Origin: a virus
Length of the DNA stretch: 64,000 bases
Direction: 5' to 3' (one strand)
Virus record (IMG/VR): IMGVR_UViG_3300027822_000294
Shown: positions 28,490 through 37,965 of the stretch, piece by piece
How positions within the stretch are numbered: position 1 is the stretch's first letter
Layout of the letters: every line of letters starts with the position of its first letter
The notes under the pieces: generated by a model
What the model was told of the DNA's origin: nothing
What the model saw: the letters and a program-made list of their open reading frames with translations, nothing else
Databases searched by the model: none
Position numbers and translations under genes: made by a program

Positions 28490-30298
28490 TTATAAATTTG
28501 ATGAATAAGGCAGTGTTTTTATGTAGTTTTTCATAAATTGCCAATCTGGATTTCTATTTTTATCAACTGGCAATTTTATTTTAAGTTTTTGAGAACCTCC
28601 TAACCTAATTTGTCTACCATAAAACCATTTAATATTTTCTTGATTTATTACAGTTATTAAAAACAATCCTATATAATTACTCATATTAAATTTAGGTTTT
28701 AAAACAGTAACATCTGGACTTGCTACAAAATCAACTGATTGATAATAGGTTGTAGCCCCTATCTTTCCGATTGTAATTGAATTTTTAGAAAACTTCGGCT
28801 CTAAATCTGTCCAAGACATAATACCATTATTGGTATCACTAGCAGAAACTAATGGGACTTTGCCATTATTAAAAGAATCTTTTGGATAATATTTCCCAGC
28901 AAACATATCAAAAAAATCTATTAAATTAAAATATTCCCAACTTTCATAATCAAGTTTTATATCACTACTTGTAATTGATTTTTCAGAAATATTTTTAATT
29001 AAATTATTTGCAAATTCATTAACCAAAAATTTTCTCAATGTTTCTTTGAAATCAACTTTATTTAATTTACTATAATCTGTCTTCATGTATGCTTCCACAC
29101 ACCACTCATCACGAGCATTAACTACCCTTTTTATGCTATGACCTGCTATTTCTTTTTTGTTTCTGTAATTATCAATCCAAACTTGTTTTATTTTTGACCA
29201 AGTGTGGTTATAATCCAATCTACCTGTATTTTTTCTTTTTGTAAAACCATCCTCTCTCCAATAACCAAAATATGTTTTGTAATTTGTAGGATGATTTTCT
29301 TTTGCTTTTAAAACCATTATACAAGTATTGACACCAACTTTAGAATTATGAAACAACTCTGTAGGCATAGAAAAGACTGCCTTTAATTTATGTTCTTTTA
29401 ATAACTTTTCTTTTAAATCATTATTTTTTTTATTATTGCTTGAAATAGCACAAGATATAGGAATAATAGCGATACAATAACTTCCTTTTTCAAGTAAAGA
29501 TAAAATATTTAAAACAAATTCTAGTTCCTCAATATCATTTTTAGAAGATTTATAAGGAGGATTCAGAAAACCAACATTTGGTTTATATTTTTTTACTTGC
29601 TCGATAACTTTCTCATCAAAACAACTTCCTTTTATAAGATTACTTCTTCCGTCCCCATGAATGTACATATTAGAACAAGTAAGTGAAAAAATACTATGCT
29701 GTAATTCAATACCTATGATTTGCTTTGATTTAATGTTTAATTCCTTCTTTTTATCTCCTCCCACATCAATAATCATTTGTTTCATTGCAGAAATCAAAAA
29801 GCCACCAGTTCCCATACAAGTATCTAAAACAATACTGTTTTTATTTACATTTGCAATTTCTGAAAATAATTCTGATATATGTGAAGGAGTTAAAACAATC
29901 CCAATTCCTTTATCATTATTGGCATATTTCAAAAATTCAATATAAAATTGACCAAGAGTATCAAAATATTGAACCAACTTAATAATATCTCTTAATTTAT
30001 TTTCTTTTTTTGCAAGAATAGTGTGAGTTGTTATAAAATTATAACTTGTAATTATATCTTCAATATATTTATTTTGGACATCTGCGAGTTTGTTTTTAAT
30101 TGTATTGATTAAATTTTCTGCCAATTCTTTTGGTTTTTGATATTTATAAGTATTACGAAAAGCCTCGTCATGTAAAGCAATTAAAGCACCACTAATAAGT
30201 AAACTTCTATTTGATTCTGGAACTTTTAGTGTGTGTAAATTATCGTTGAGAGTTTTTGAATATTTTAATAATTTTTGAAACTCTTGATTAAATTTCAT
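28490..30298 (-). CDS. Type IIG/BcgI-like N6-adenine methyltransferase fused to a TRD, no evident nuclease domain
   Basis: GQFYIEFLKY, IVLTP, DTCMGTGGFL, FLNPPY. C-terminal HsdS-like TRD (VPLVSASDTNNG, IKLPVD...PDWQFM..YI). Confidence 0.8.
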   Translation of the reverse strand: MKFNQEFQKLLKYSKTLNDNLHTLKVPESNRSLLISGALIALHDEAFRNTYKYQKPKELAENLINTIKNKLADVQNKYIEDIITSYNFITTHTILAKKENKLRDIIKLVQYFDTLGQFYIEFLKYANNDKGIGIVLTPSHISELFSEIANVNKNSIVLDTCMGTGGFLISAMKQMIIDVGGDKKKELNIKSKQIIGIELQHSIFSLTCSNMYIHGDGRSNLIKGSCFDEKVIEQVKKYKPNVGFLNPPYKSSKNDIEELEFVLNILSLLEKGSYCIAIIPISCAISSNNKKNNDLKEKLLKEHKLKAVFSMPTELFHNSKVGVNTCIMVLKAKENHPTNYKTYFGYWREDGFTKRKNTGRLDYNHTWSKIKQVWIDNYRNKKEIAGHSIKRVVNARDEWCVEAYMKTDYSKLNKVDFKETLRKFLVNEFANNLIKNISEKSITSSDIKLDYESWEYFNLIDFFDMFAGKYYPKDSFNNGKVPLVSASDTNNGIMSWTDLEPKFSKNSITIGKIGATTYYQSVDFVASPDVTVLKPKFNMSNYIGLFLITVINQENIKWFYGRQIRLGGSQKLKIKLPVDKNRNPDWQFMKNYIKTLPYSSNL

Positions 30299-30311
30299 TT
30301 ATTTCCCAACT

Positions 30312-32693
30312 CTAATCACATCTTGAATAGCCACACTCTAAACACCTGTCGCAACCATTCTCTTGAATAACACTAGCTTTTCCACACTCTGGACAAATGT
30401 CATATTTCTTATTATTATCTTCTTCTTCTGTATTACCATCATCTATATTTTTGTATTTTTTTAATACTCTTTTCATAATAGAAGATAACGAAAACATAGA
30501 GTATGAACTTTTTTCTAATTGTGTCAATATTTCATCTAAAGAAATATTATATCTTAACAATAAAGATATTAGTCTATTTATTATATCCCAATCAGATTTT
30601 CTTTCAAGATATAATATTGATGAGAATATATTAGAACCATTTATCCCTGCTTCATAAGGTAAAGATACAAAAGTCTCAATGGGTATATTGTCATATTCTG
30701 TAACATTTATATATACTTTTATCCCATCTTTCCATTTTACAATATATCTTTTAGCCTCCTCCACATCTTCTAATTCAAGTTTAAAATTAGGTAATTTCGT
30801 AAAACCTTTTTTTGTTGAAGATGTTTTATTTTCAAAATTATCTTGCTTTATCAATACTCCTTGTTTCTCGCAACCGTCTCTAAAAATTGTTAATCCTTTT
30901 AAATTATTTTTCCAACCATCTAAAAAAATATTATATATATCATTTATTGTTGTTTTATTTGCAAGATTTAATGTAGAACTTATTGCTGTATCTGTATATT
31001 TTTGAACAATTTGTTGAATTTTAAGTCTTTGTTTATAAGAAACATCAGACGCTTCTACATAATTAAATTTTTCTTTTATTTCATTATCATTTTTAAATAT
31101 TGATAAATCAATATTGTGTTTAGTAATATGTTCAAGTAAAGGTTGATGATATATAAACACACTTTCCGAGCCTTCTATTCTAGTTTTTCTTAATAATTTT
31201 AAAGCAAATATTGGTTCAATCCCAGATGAAGTATTTCCAGCAACAATGCTCAACGTTCCGTTGGGTTGGATTGTAGAAATTGCAATATTTCTTAACCCAT
31301 ATTTTAAAACTTCTTCGGCAAAATCTTCTTTTAATATTTTTTCTTTTAAAAATTTAATTTTAGGTTGTTCTAAAAATCGTTCTCTTTGTTCTATTGTTTT
31401 AAATGCTTCGGATACTCCGCATTGTTTTGCCAATTCTAAACTGGTTTCCCATTCAGTTTTACACTTCATTATCATTATTTTTTCTATTACATCGAGGATT
31501 TTGGGATTATTATAACTATACCCTAACATTGCCATACAATCAGCTAACGCTGTTATACCTAACCCCATACGCCTTTCATAAGTACATTTTTCTTTTTGTA
31601 CAATAAACGGTTGAGAATTTATATTATCTTCCATTAAACCGTCCATTGTTTTTACAGCAATAATAATATCTTTCTTAAAAATTTCAAAATCAAATTCTGC
31701 TTCTTCGGAAAAGGGATGTTTAACATACTTACTTAATACCATAGTTGATAAAAAACACACCGCTCCATCTGAAAGCGATTGCTCCCCACAAGGATTTACA
31801 CCTCGTATCTTTGTTTTCTCATTAAACTCTGTTGTACTAAAGTTTTTATAATTATCCCAAAATAACATTGCCGGGTCGCCACATCTATAAGAACTCTCAC
31901 ATATTGACGTAAACATATCTCTAGCTTTTATAGTCTCAAAAACTTTTATTTTACCACCTAGTTTTTTCCAAGCGTAAATATCTCCATTCCAATTTTTATT
32001 ATAAAATTCTTTATCCACTAAAATATCAGGAAAAACTAAATCCCACATATTATCTTTTTCAACAGCTTTCATAAATTTATCACTTAATTTTACAGATAAA
32101 TTTGCTCCATTTACATCAAATATTTTTCCGGTTAAATTATCTTTTTTAAATACCTTTTCTGGATTACTTTTACAAAGAATAAAATCCATTACGTCAGGAT
32201 GCCAGTCTTCTATAGTTACGATTAAAGCTCCTCTCCTTCCCCTTATACCTATAATTTCTGTTGTATCACTAAATAAAGGTAGAAAAGAAACAGAACCAGA
32301 CGTTGTATCAGCACTATTATTTACTTTTTCATTCTTAGGTCTTAAAATTGAAATATCTGTACCCACTCCTTGTCTAACGGAAAATGCCCTCGCCATCATT
32401 TTTGTAAAATCCATTATCCCTTCTATACTATCTTCTTTTATATCAAGATAAGCACAATTTGATAATGAAATTGGTTTTTTACTTCCTAAACCTTGAAGCA
32501 AAGAACCACCAAAAATAAACCTTTTCTGTATTATCATTTCTTTAAGTTCTAAATAATATTGTTTATCTTTAAATTGTGGTAATATTCTTTTTTTACAAAT
32601 ATCCTCATAAGTTTTTTCGTCCTCCGAACAATACTTTTTAGAAATTATATTTTGAGCATAATCATTACTAACTTTTAACAAATTTATATCCAT
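30312..32693 (-). CDS. nrdJ: Class II (B12-dependent) ribonucleotide reductase
   Basis: SLSNCA, VNPCGE, CFL, RRMGLGITAL, IQPNGTLS, SSGIEP, C-terminal CPECG...CLECGYSRC. No beta subunit gene seen. Confidence 0.9.
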   Translation of the reverse strand: MDINLLKVSNDYAQNIISKKYCSEDEKTYEDICKKRILPQFKDKQYYLELKEMIIQKRFIFGGSLLQGLGSKKPISLSNCAYLDIKEDSIEGIMDFTKMMARAFSVRQGVGTDISILRPKNEKVNNSADTTSGSVSFLPLFSDTTEIIGIRGRRGALIVTIEDWHPDVMDFILCKSNPEKVFKKDNLTGKIFDVNGANLSVKLSDKFMKAVEKDNMWDLVFPDILVDKEFYNKNWNGDIYAWKKLGGKIKVFETIKARDMFTSICESSYRCGDPAMLFWDNYKNFSTTEFNEKTKIRGVNPCGEQSLSDGAVCFLSTMVLSKYVKHPFSEEAEFDFEIFKKDIIIAVKTMDGLMEDNINSQPFIVQKEKCTYERRMGLGITALADCMAMLGYSYNNPKILDVIEKIMIMKCKTEWETSLELAKQCGVSEAFKTIEQRERFLEQPKIKFLKEKILKEDFAEEVLKYGLRNIAISTIQPNGTLSIVAGNTSSGIEPIFALKLLRKTRIEGSESVFIYHQPLLEHITKHNIDLSIFKNDNEIKEKFNYVEASDVSYKQRLKIQQIVQKYTDTAISSTLNLANKTTINDIYNIFLDGWKNNLKGLTIFRDGCEKQGVLIKQDNFENKTSSTKKGFTKLPNFKLELEDVEEAKRYIVKWKDGIKVYINVTEYDNIPIETFVSLPYEAGINGSNIFSSILYLERKSDWDIINRLISLLLRYNISLDEILTQLEKSSYSMFSLSSIMKRVLKKYKNIDDGNTEEEDNNKKYDICPECGKASVIQENGCDRCLECGYSRCD

Positions 32694-32740
32694 ACGGTTA
32701 TTATCTCCTCTATTTATTGTGGTAATTTATTTATAAGAAA

Positions 32741-33061
32741 TTAGTCAGTATTTTTACAAATGAATCCTCTTATCATTTTTAGTTTTGTTATTAAAAATTC
32801 CTTATTTAAAAAACCCAATTCTATTTTTGCTTTTAATTCATCTATCTCATCTTTAAGTTCTCGTAATCTAGGAATATTTTGTTCTATCTTTAACTTTTGT
32901 TTTTCTAATGCTTCTCTGATAGTAAAATCCAACTTTAAATTAACTATTTTATTATATTCATTTTCTTTTTTAAATCTTTTGAATATCATACCTCCTAATG
33001 TATCCTTTATTTGCTCATATTTTTCTAACAGTTTTTCTATTTCTTTTCTAATATCTTCCAT
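32741..33061 (-). CDS. Hypothetical coiled-coil protein
   Basis: SD AAGGAG. TTGACA near 33113-33118 and TATAAATA at 33101-33108. Confidence 0.6.
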   Translation of the reverse strand: MEDIRKEIEKLLEKYEQIKDTLGGMIFKRFKKENEYNKIVNLKLDFTIREALEKQKLKIEQNIPRLRELKDEIDELKAKIELGFLNKEFLITKLKMIRGFICKNTD

Positions 33062-33310
33062 AATTTTATCTCCTTTTTTTATTTTTTACAATATAAACTA
33101 TATTTATATCGTTGTCAACAGAAAATTTTAATTATTTTCACCGAACTTTTATAACGAACTATTCTCCGACCTTTTAGAAAAATCCTAATAACTAATTTCT
33201 AAAACACTATTATAAAAAAACTAATTACATAAAAATAAAACTATAAAACATTATTATAAAATGATAATTTTAGCTGTATATTAATAAAACTATATCCCTT
33301 GTAAAATAAC

Positions 33311-34220
33311 CATTTGCCTCTAATCTTCGTAAAATAGGCTCTTAGAACTCACTTACATCTTAACCTAATAAATCACCTTTATTCAAATCTTCATATCAAA
33401 TTAAAGCTAATTATATCAGAATTAAAGGCAATTTTTAATATCCTTACAACGCAAAATGTTATATTTAACTCAGGATGAAAAATCTTGGACATATTTTGAA
33501 TACATTTACCTCTAATCTTTGTAAAATAGACTCTTAGAACTCACTTACATCTTAACCTAACAAATCACCTTAATAATTATTTAGCTATCAAATTAAAGAC
33601 AATTACGCAAGAATTAAAGGCAATTTTTAATATCGGTTGCCATATTATTCTGCTTATAATATCCCCTTCCGTCATAAAATTATTATTCGCCTTCATAAAA
33701 TAAAAAATTAAATTTTTTTCCCCTTTATTATCAAAAAGTTATAAACAATTTTAAATAAAAATAAAATTTTTTGAAAATTTTTTATAAATAGTATTAAGGG
33801 ATTAAAAACTAAAAATAAAACTTAAAAAACTTAATAAAGAACTTAATAAAAAAACAAGAATAATAAAGCTCAATAAAAAAATATAAAAACAAAAAGATTA
33901 TAAAACAAGAATAAAAAAATTTAATAAAAAAACAAAAATAATAAAGCTCAATAAAAAAATATAATAAAAAAACAAGAATAATAAAGCTCAATAAAAAAAT
34001 ATAATAAAAAAACAAGAATAATAAAGCTCAATAAAAAAATTTAATAAAGAACAGTAATCCATTAAAACAATAACTTTATTTTTGTTTTTGTTTTTTCTTT
34101 TTGGTTCTTTTTCTTTTTTTTCTAATTCCTGTAAAACAAGCTCTTAAAACTCACTTACATCTTAATTTAATAAATCACCTTAATAATTATTCAGCTATCA
34201 AATTAAAGCTAATTATACAA
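33311..34220 (+). repeat. Three dispersed 90-140 bp direct repeats
   Basis: Core GTAAAA.A..CTCTTA.AACTCACTTACATCTTAA..TAA.AAATCACCTT at about 33311-33442, 33503-33643 and 34129-34220. Confidence 0.9.
33844..34042 (+). repeat. 40-bp A-rich tandem repeat x4
   Basis: Unit AATAAAAAAACAAGAATAATAAAGCTCAATAAAAAAATAT. Confidence 0.9.
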
Positions 34221-34286
34221 GGGAATCCCTGCAAAAACGAATATATAAGATATACACTTTAGGGGATTTTTATAAATAAAAATAAG

Positions 34287-35363
34287 ATGATAAGAAAATC
34301 AACATTAAATCTCAAGTTTGCCAATAAAGGTAAACTTAAAAAATTAAAGATAATTGCTGAAGAATATAAAAGAGTTGTCAATATCTTTATAGATAGACTT
34401 TGGAGAGAACAACAGTTTATAGGTAAGTTTGTTAAAGATACAACTGTTGATAGTTGGTTGTCTGCTTGTTTAAAACAAACAGCTTCAAAACAAGCTCTTT
34501 CTATTGTTAAATCTCAACGTAAGAAAAAGAAAAAATCTAAACCTACATTAATAAATTTATTATGGAACTTGATTCAAGAGTTGTTGAAATAACACAACTT
34601 AATGAACATTTTGATATATGGATAAAATTATCTTCTATAAGTAATAAAATTGATAATAAGTTTGGTAAAAGATTTAGTCTTAATTTACCTTCTAAAAAAC
34701 ATATACATTTTAATAAATTTCTTGAAGATGGTTGGTTAATTAAAAAGTCAATTAGGTTAAGAATAAATGAAAAAGGATATTATGTAGATGTATTTTTTGA
34801 AAAAAAAAGCTCCTACATTAAAAATTGAAGGTAAACAAAAAGCTGTTGATATAGGGTACAAGAAATTGATTGTAAGTTCAGATAAAGAATTTATTGGATA
34901 TTTTAAAATATATGAAAAAATATCAAGAAAGAAACAAGGAAGTAAGGCTTTTAAAAGAGCATTGATAGAACGTAACGAACTGGTTAATGTTTCATGTAAG
35001 GCTTTAAATTTAACAAATGTTAAAAAACTTTTTGCAGAAGATTTAAAAAATGTTAAACATAAATCTAAAGGTAAAATACATAAAAAGTTTAATAATCGAC
35101 TTCAACGGTGGAGTTATGTAAAAGTTTTACAGAAGCTCACTATGTTGTGTGAAGAGGAAGGGATTTTATTTAAGAAAGTTCCACCTCAATATACAAGTCA
35201 AAGATGTAGTTGTTGTGGAGAAATACATAAGGAAAGCAGAAAGAATGAGCTTTTTAAGTGTGTTTCTTGTAATTTTGAGAGTGATGCGGATTATAATGCT
35301 TCACTCAATATTTTACATATAGGACAATATGGTGCCTATGCCTTACAAAAGCCAATTCTATAA
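34287..35363 (+). pseudogene. tnpB: TnpB copy 3, broken by two frameshifts
   Basis: 1-nt loss near 34551 and 1-nt gain in the A9 run at 34800-34808 relative to copy 2. TATAAATA at 34271-34278. Right end near 35386. Confidence 0.85.
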
Positions 35364-35509
35364 ATTTTTCTGGAAAAGGTAATCATTTTAATAGATTCTT
35401 CTGTACTATAATGTGTAATCGGTTTTAGAATACTATTTTATATTTGTTAATATATAATTATTATTACCTTTATAATTATGTTTTATTATGAAAAATCTTA
35501 ATAAAAGTG

Positions 35510-35547
35510 TTGACAATTATAAAAAAATATTTCATTATATATAAATA
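35510..35547 (+). promoter_or_regulatory. Overlapping sigma70-like and late promoters
   Basis: TTGACA-N17-CATTAT plus TATAAATA at 35540-35547. Confidence 0.65.
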
Positions 35548-35569
35548 AAAACAAAAAGAGGTAAAATTT

Positions 35570-36010
35570 ATGAAAACTTTATTAGAAGTAGTAACAGAAG
35601 CAAACGAAAATTTTATGGTAACTGTAAAGCTTGGTGGTAGTGGTGTTATAAAAAAAGCAATGGAAAGATATATAGAAAAAATTGCTATTTTTCTTGAAGA
35701 AAAAAATGGTAAAGAATTTATGTCTAAATATCAAGAAAAGATATCTGGTTTAAAAAACAAAATAACTAATTTATCTACACAACAAGTAAAAAATATGAAC
35801 TCTTTATTAAAAGGACAAAGTTCAAAAACTTTAAATCGTTTACTTGAAAGATATATTAGTTCAGTTAATGAAGATAAATTACTAGGGACATTTTTTTCTT
35901 CTTTAGATTTAATAATTGCGAGTTCTACTACTCCAGCACTAGGTAATTTATTAAATTTTATAGGTGAAAAAAAAGAAAGCAATAAAAAAAGAGTTGTGAA
36001 ATTTAGGTAA
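35570..36010 (+). CDS. Hypothetical protein with T4 internal-protein-like N-terminus
   Basis: SD GAGG. Starts MKTLLEVVTEA. The only non-tnpB gene on the + strand. Confidence 0.65.
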   Translation: MKTLLEVVTEANENFMVTVKLGGSGVIKKAMERYIEKIAIFLEEKNGKEFMSKYQEKISGLKNKITNLSTQQVKNMNSLLKGQSSKTLNRLLERYISSVNEDKLLGTFFSSLDLIIASSTTPALGNLLNFIGEKKESNKKRVVKFR

Positions 36011-36012
36011 AT

Positions 36013-36984
36013 TTAAGTATAAAAATTTTTTGTCAATTCATAATATCCCTTTAAAGTGTTTTTAACACTAAACTTATTGATTGCTTCTTCCCTAACACTT
36101 TTTTTGCTAAAGAATTTATAAGTCTGATTTGACATATAGTCAATAATTCCTTGTTCATTATTGACTATTGTTAACCCATGTTGATAATGATAATCATCTA
36201 TTTTGTTATTTTTAAAATTAAGAGCAACAAAAGGAACTCCACACATTAAACTTTCCATCATTACAATACTTCCCAATGCTCCAAATACAACTTTAGCATT
36301 TTTAATATATTTTATTTTATCTATTCCAGACGAAGGTTGATGAATAATTTTACTGTTGAAATATTTTACTAAATTTTCTTGATATTCTAATTCTGTATTT
36401 ATATCGTCTCCATCAGAGTTTACAACATTAGGTTGTAAATGACCACATACAATCAATTCTCCCAACTCTTTATTTTTATTAAATGTGTTAAATAATTTAT
36501 CTACTCTATATATTTTAATTAAACGTCCAATATATAAAGAATAATTTTTAATATTTCTGGAAACAGAATAATTATCCGGGTCTAAACCATTTAATACTGT
36601 GGGTAAATTTTTTAAATATTCATTTTTATATTTTTTTATGCCACTATAACAATATTTTCCCAATTCTAAATTGTCTTTTACATAATGAACAATATTTATG
36701 CTATTTTTTATATTAAGAGGTTTTGTCGTTTCGTGTGATATAATTAAAGAATTATCCAAATCTGATATTTTATTTAATTTTTTTAATAGTTCTTCTTCAA
36801 TTTTATAATAATCTATATGTGTATATATTTTTGAGTTTAAATCAACAGAGATAGGTCGAGGTTTTAAAAATATATAATTTTCTATTTTATTCCTTTCACA
36901 AAAGGTAGCGATATTACTAATTAAAACACTGTAAGCAGAAGAAGCATAAGGAGATAATATTTTATTCCCAATAGCATTTGACAC
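36013..36984 (-). CDS. GT-B fold glycosyltransferase (GT4-like)
   Basis: VLNGLD, SLYIGRL, MMESLMCGVPFVA, C-terminal VREEAINKFSV...GYYEL. Confidence 0.75.
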   Translation of the reverse strand: MSNAIGNKILSPYASSAYSVLISNIATFCERNKIENYIFLKPRPISVDLNSKIYTHIDYYKIEEELLKKLNKISDLDNSLIISHETTKPLNIKNSINIVHYVKDNLELGKYCYSGIKKYKNEYLKNLPTVLNGLDPDNYSVSRNIKNYSLYIGRLIKIYRVDKLFNTFNKNKELGELIVCGHLQPNVVNSDGDDINTELEYQENLVKYFNSKIIHQPSSGIDKIKYIKNAKVVFGALGSIVMMESLMCGVPFVALNFKNNKIDDYHYQHGLTIVNNEQGIIDYMSNQTYKFFSKKSVREEAINKFSVKNTLKGYYELTKNFYT

Positions 36985-37009
36985 TTGAATTATAGTATTT
37001 TTTATAATA

Positions 37010-37939
37010 TCACCTTTTTATTTTTTTAATGAAAACTCTAATAAAAGTTTGTTTTCCATTTAAAGCAGAACTTCTACCATAAATTTTATTTGGGTCTTGA
37101 TTAACACCAATATTTGAACCTATAATTTTAAATTGTTTAGGATTATATTTATCAAAAAAAGAAATTGGTACACCCATTACATCATTATAATCTATAGGGA
37201 TGTCTTTTGTTTTATTTACATTTATAGCGTCATAATTATCATATATTGGATAATCTTCAGGATTATATTTTTTAGTTAAAATTAAATCTTTAATATTATG
37301 ACGTTCTTTATAATCTAAATTAGTAAACCACCTAACACCTACAACTTTAATATATTTATTCTCTTTATTACTAATTCCATAATTATTATTAGGCACTTCA
37401 AATTCTCTACCTCCACTATGAATACTTGCTCCTAACCATACATTATTATCTCTAATTAAAGGAAAAACTTCTTTGTATATACTAGCATTTCTATTCCCTA
37501 GTATTAAAAACTTTTTATCATACTTGACTAATTGATTAAAGTATTCTCTAAACAAAGAAAAAGGCGGATTTGTAACAATTATATCAGCTTGTTTTAAAAT
37601 CTCTATACATTCCTCACTTCTAAAATCACCATCACCATTTAATTCTTTATCATTTAATTTTTGTCCCTCATAATATTCTGAATATATACCTTTTTCATTA
37701 GCTTTATAACAAGAAATAATAAGTTTTTTTAAACCTAATATTTCAAAATTATTTAAAAAATAATTAACAAAATTACTATGTTCAGGGTTATCACAATTAC
37801 AATAAACAATTTTATCTTTAAAGTGTGAATGATAATATTTCAATTCTTTTTCTATATCTACGAGTTGAGTATAAAATTCATCATTTTTTTCTTTTCTTGC
37901 TTTAATAAGTTTATTATTATTTTGTTTAGTTTTTATCAT
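37010..37939 (-). CDS. EcoRI-family adenine methyltransferase A
   Basis: KNDEFYTQ, YCNCDNP, GDFRS.EC, VTNPPFSLFREY, WFTNL. Confidence 0.9.
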   Translation of the reverse strand: MIKTKQNNNKLIKARKEKNDEFYTQLVDIEKELKYYHSHFKDKIVYCNCDNPEHSNFVNYFLNNFEILGLKKLIISCYKANEKGIYSEYYEGQKLNDKELNGDGDFRSEECIEILKQADIIVTNPPFSLFREYFNQLVKYDKKFLILGNRNASIYKEVFPLIRDNNVWLGASIHSGGREFEVPNNNYGISNKENKYIKVVGVRWFTNLDYKERHNIKDLILTKKYNPEDYPIYDNYDAINVNKTKDIPIDYNDVMGVPISFFDKYNPKQFKIIGSNIGVNQDPNKIYGRSSALNGKQTFIRVFIKKIKR

Positions 37940-37965
37940 TTATCACCTTTTTATTTTTTATAATA

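Noticed and set aside
33311-34220. CRISPR array next to a Cas12f-like gene
   Set aside because: The 40-mers are head-to-tail with no unique spacers. The long repeats are 90-140 bp, imperfect and irregularly spaced.
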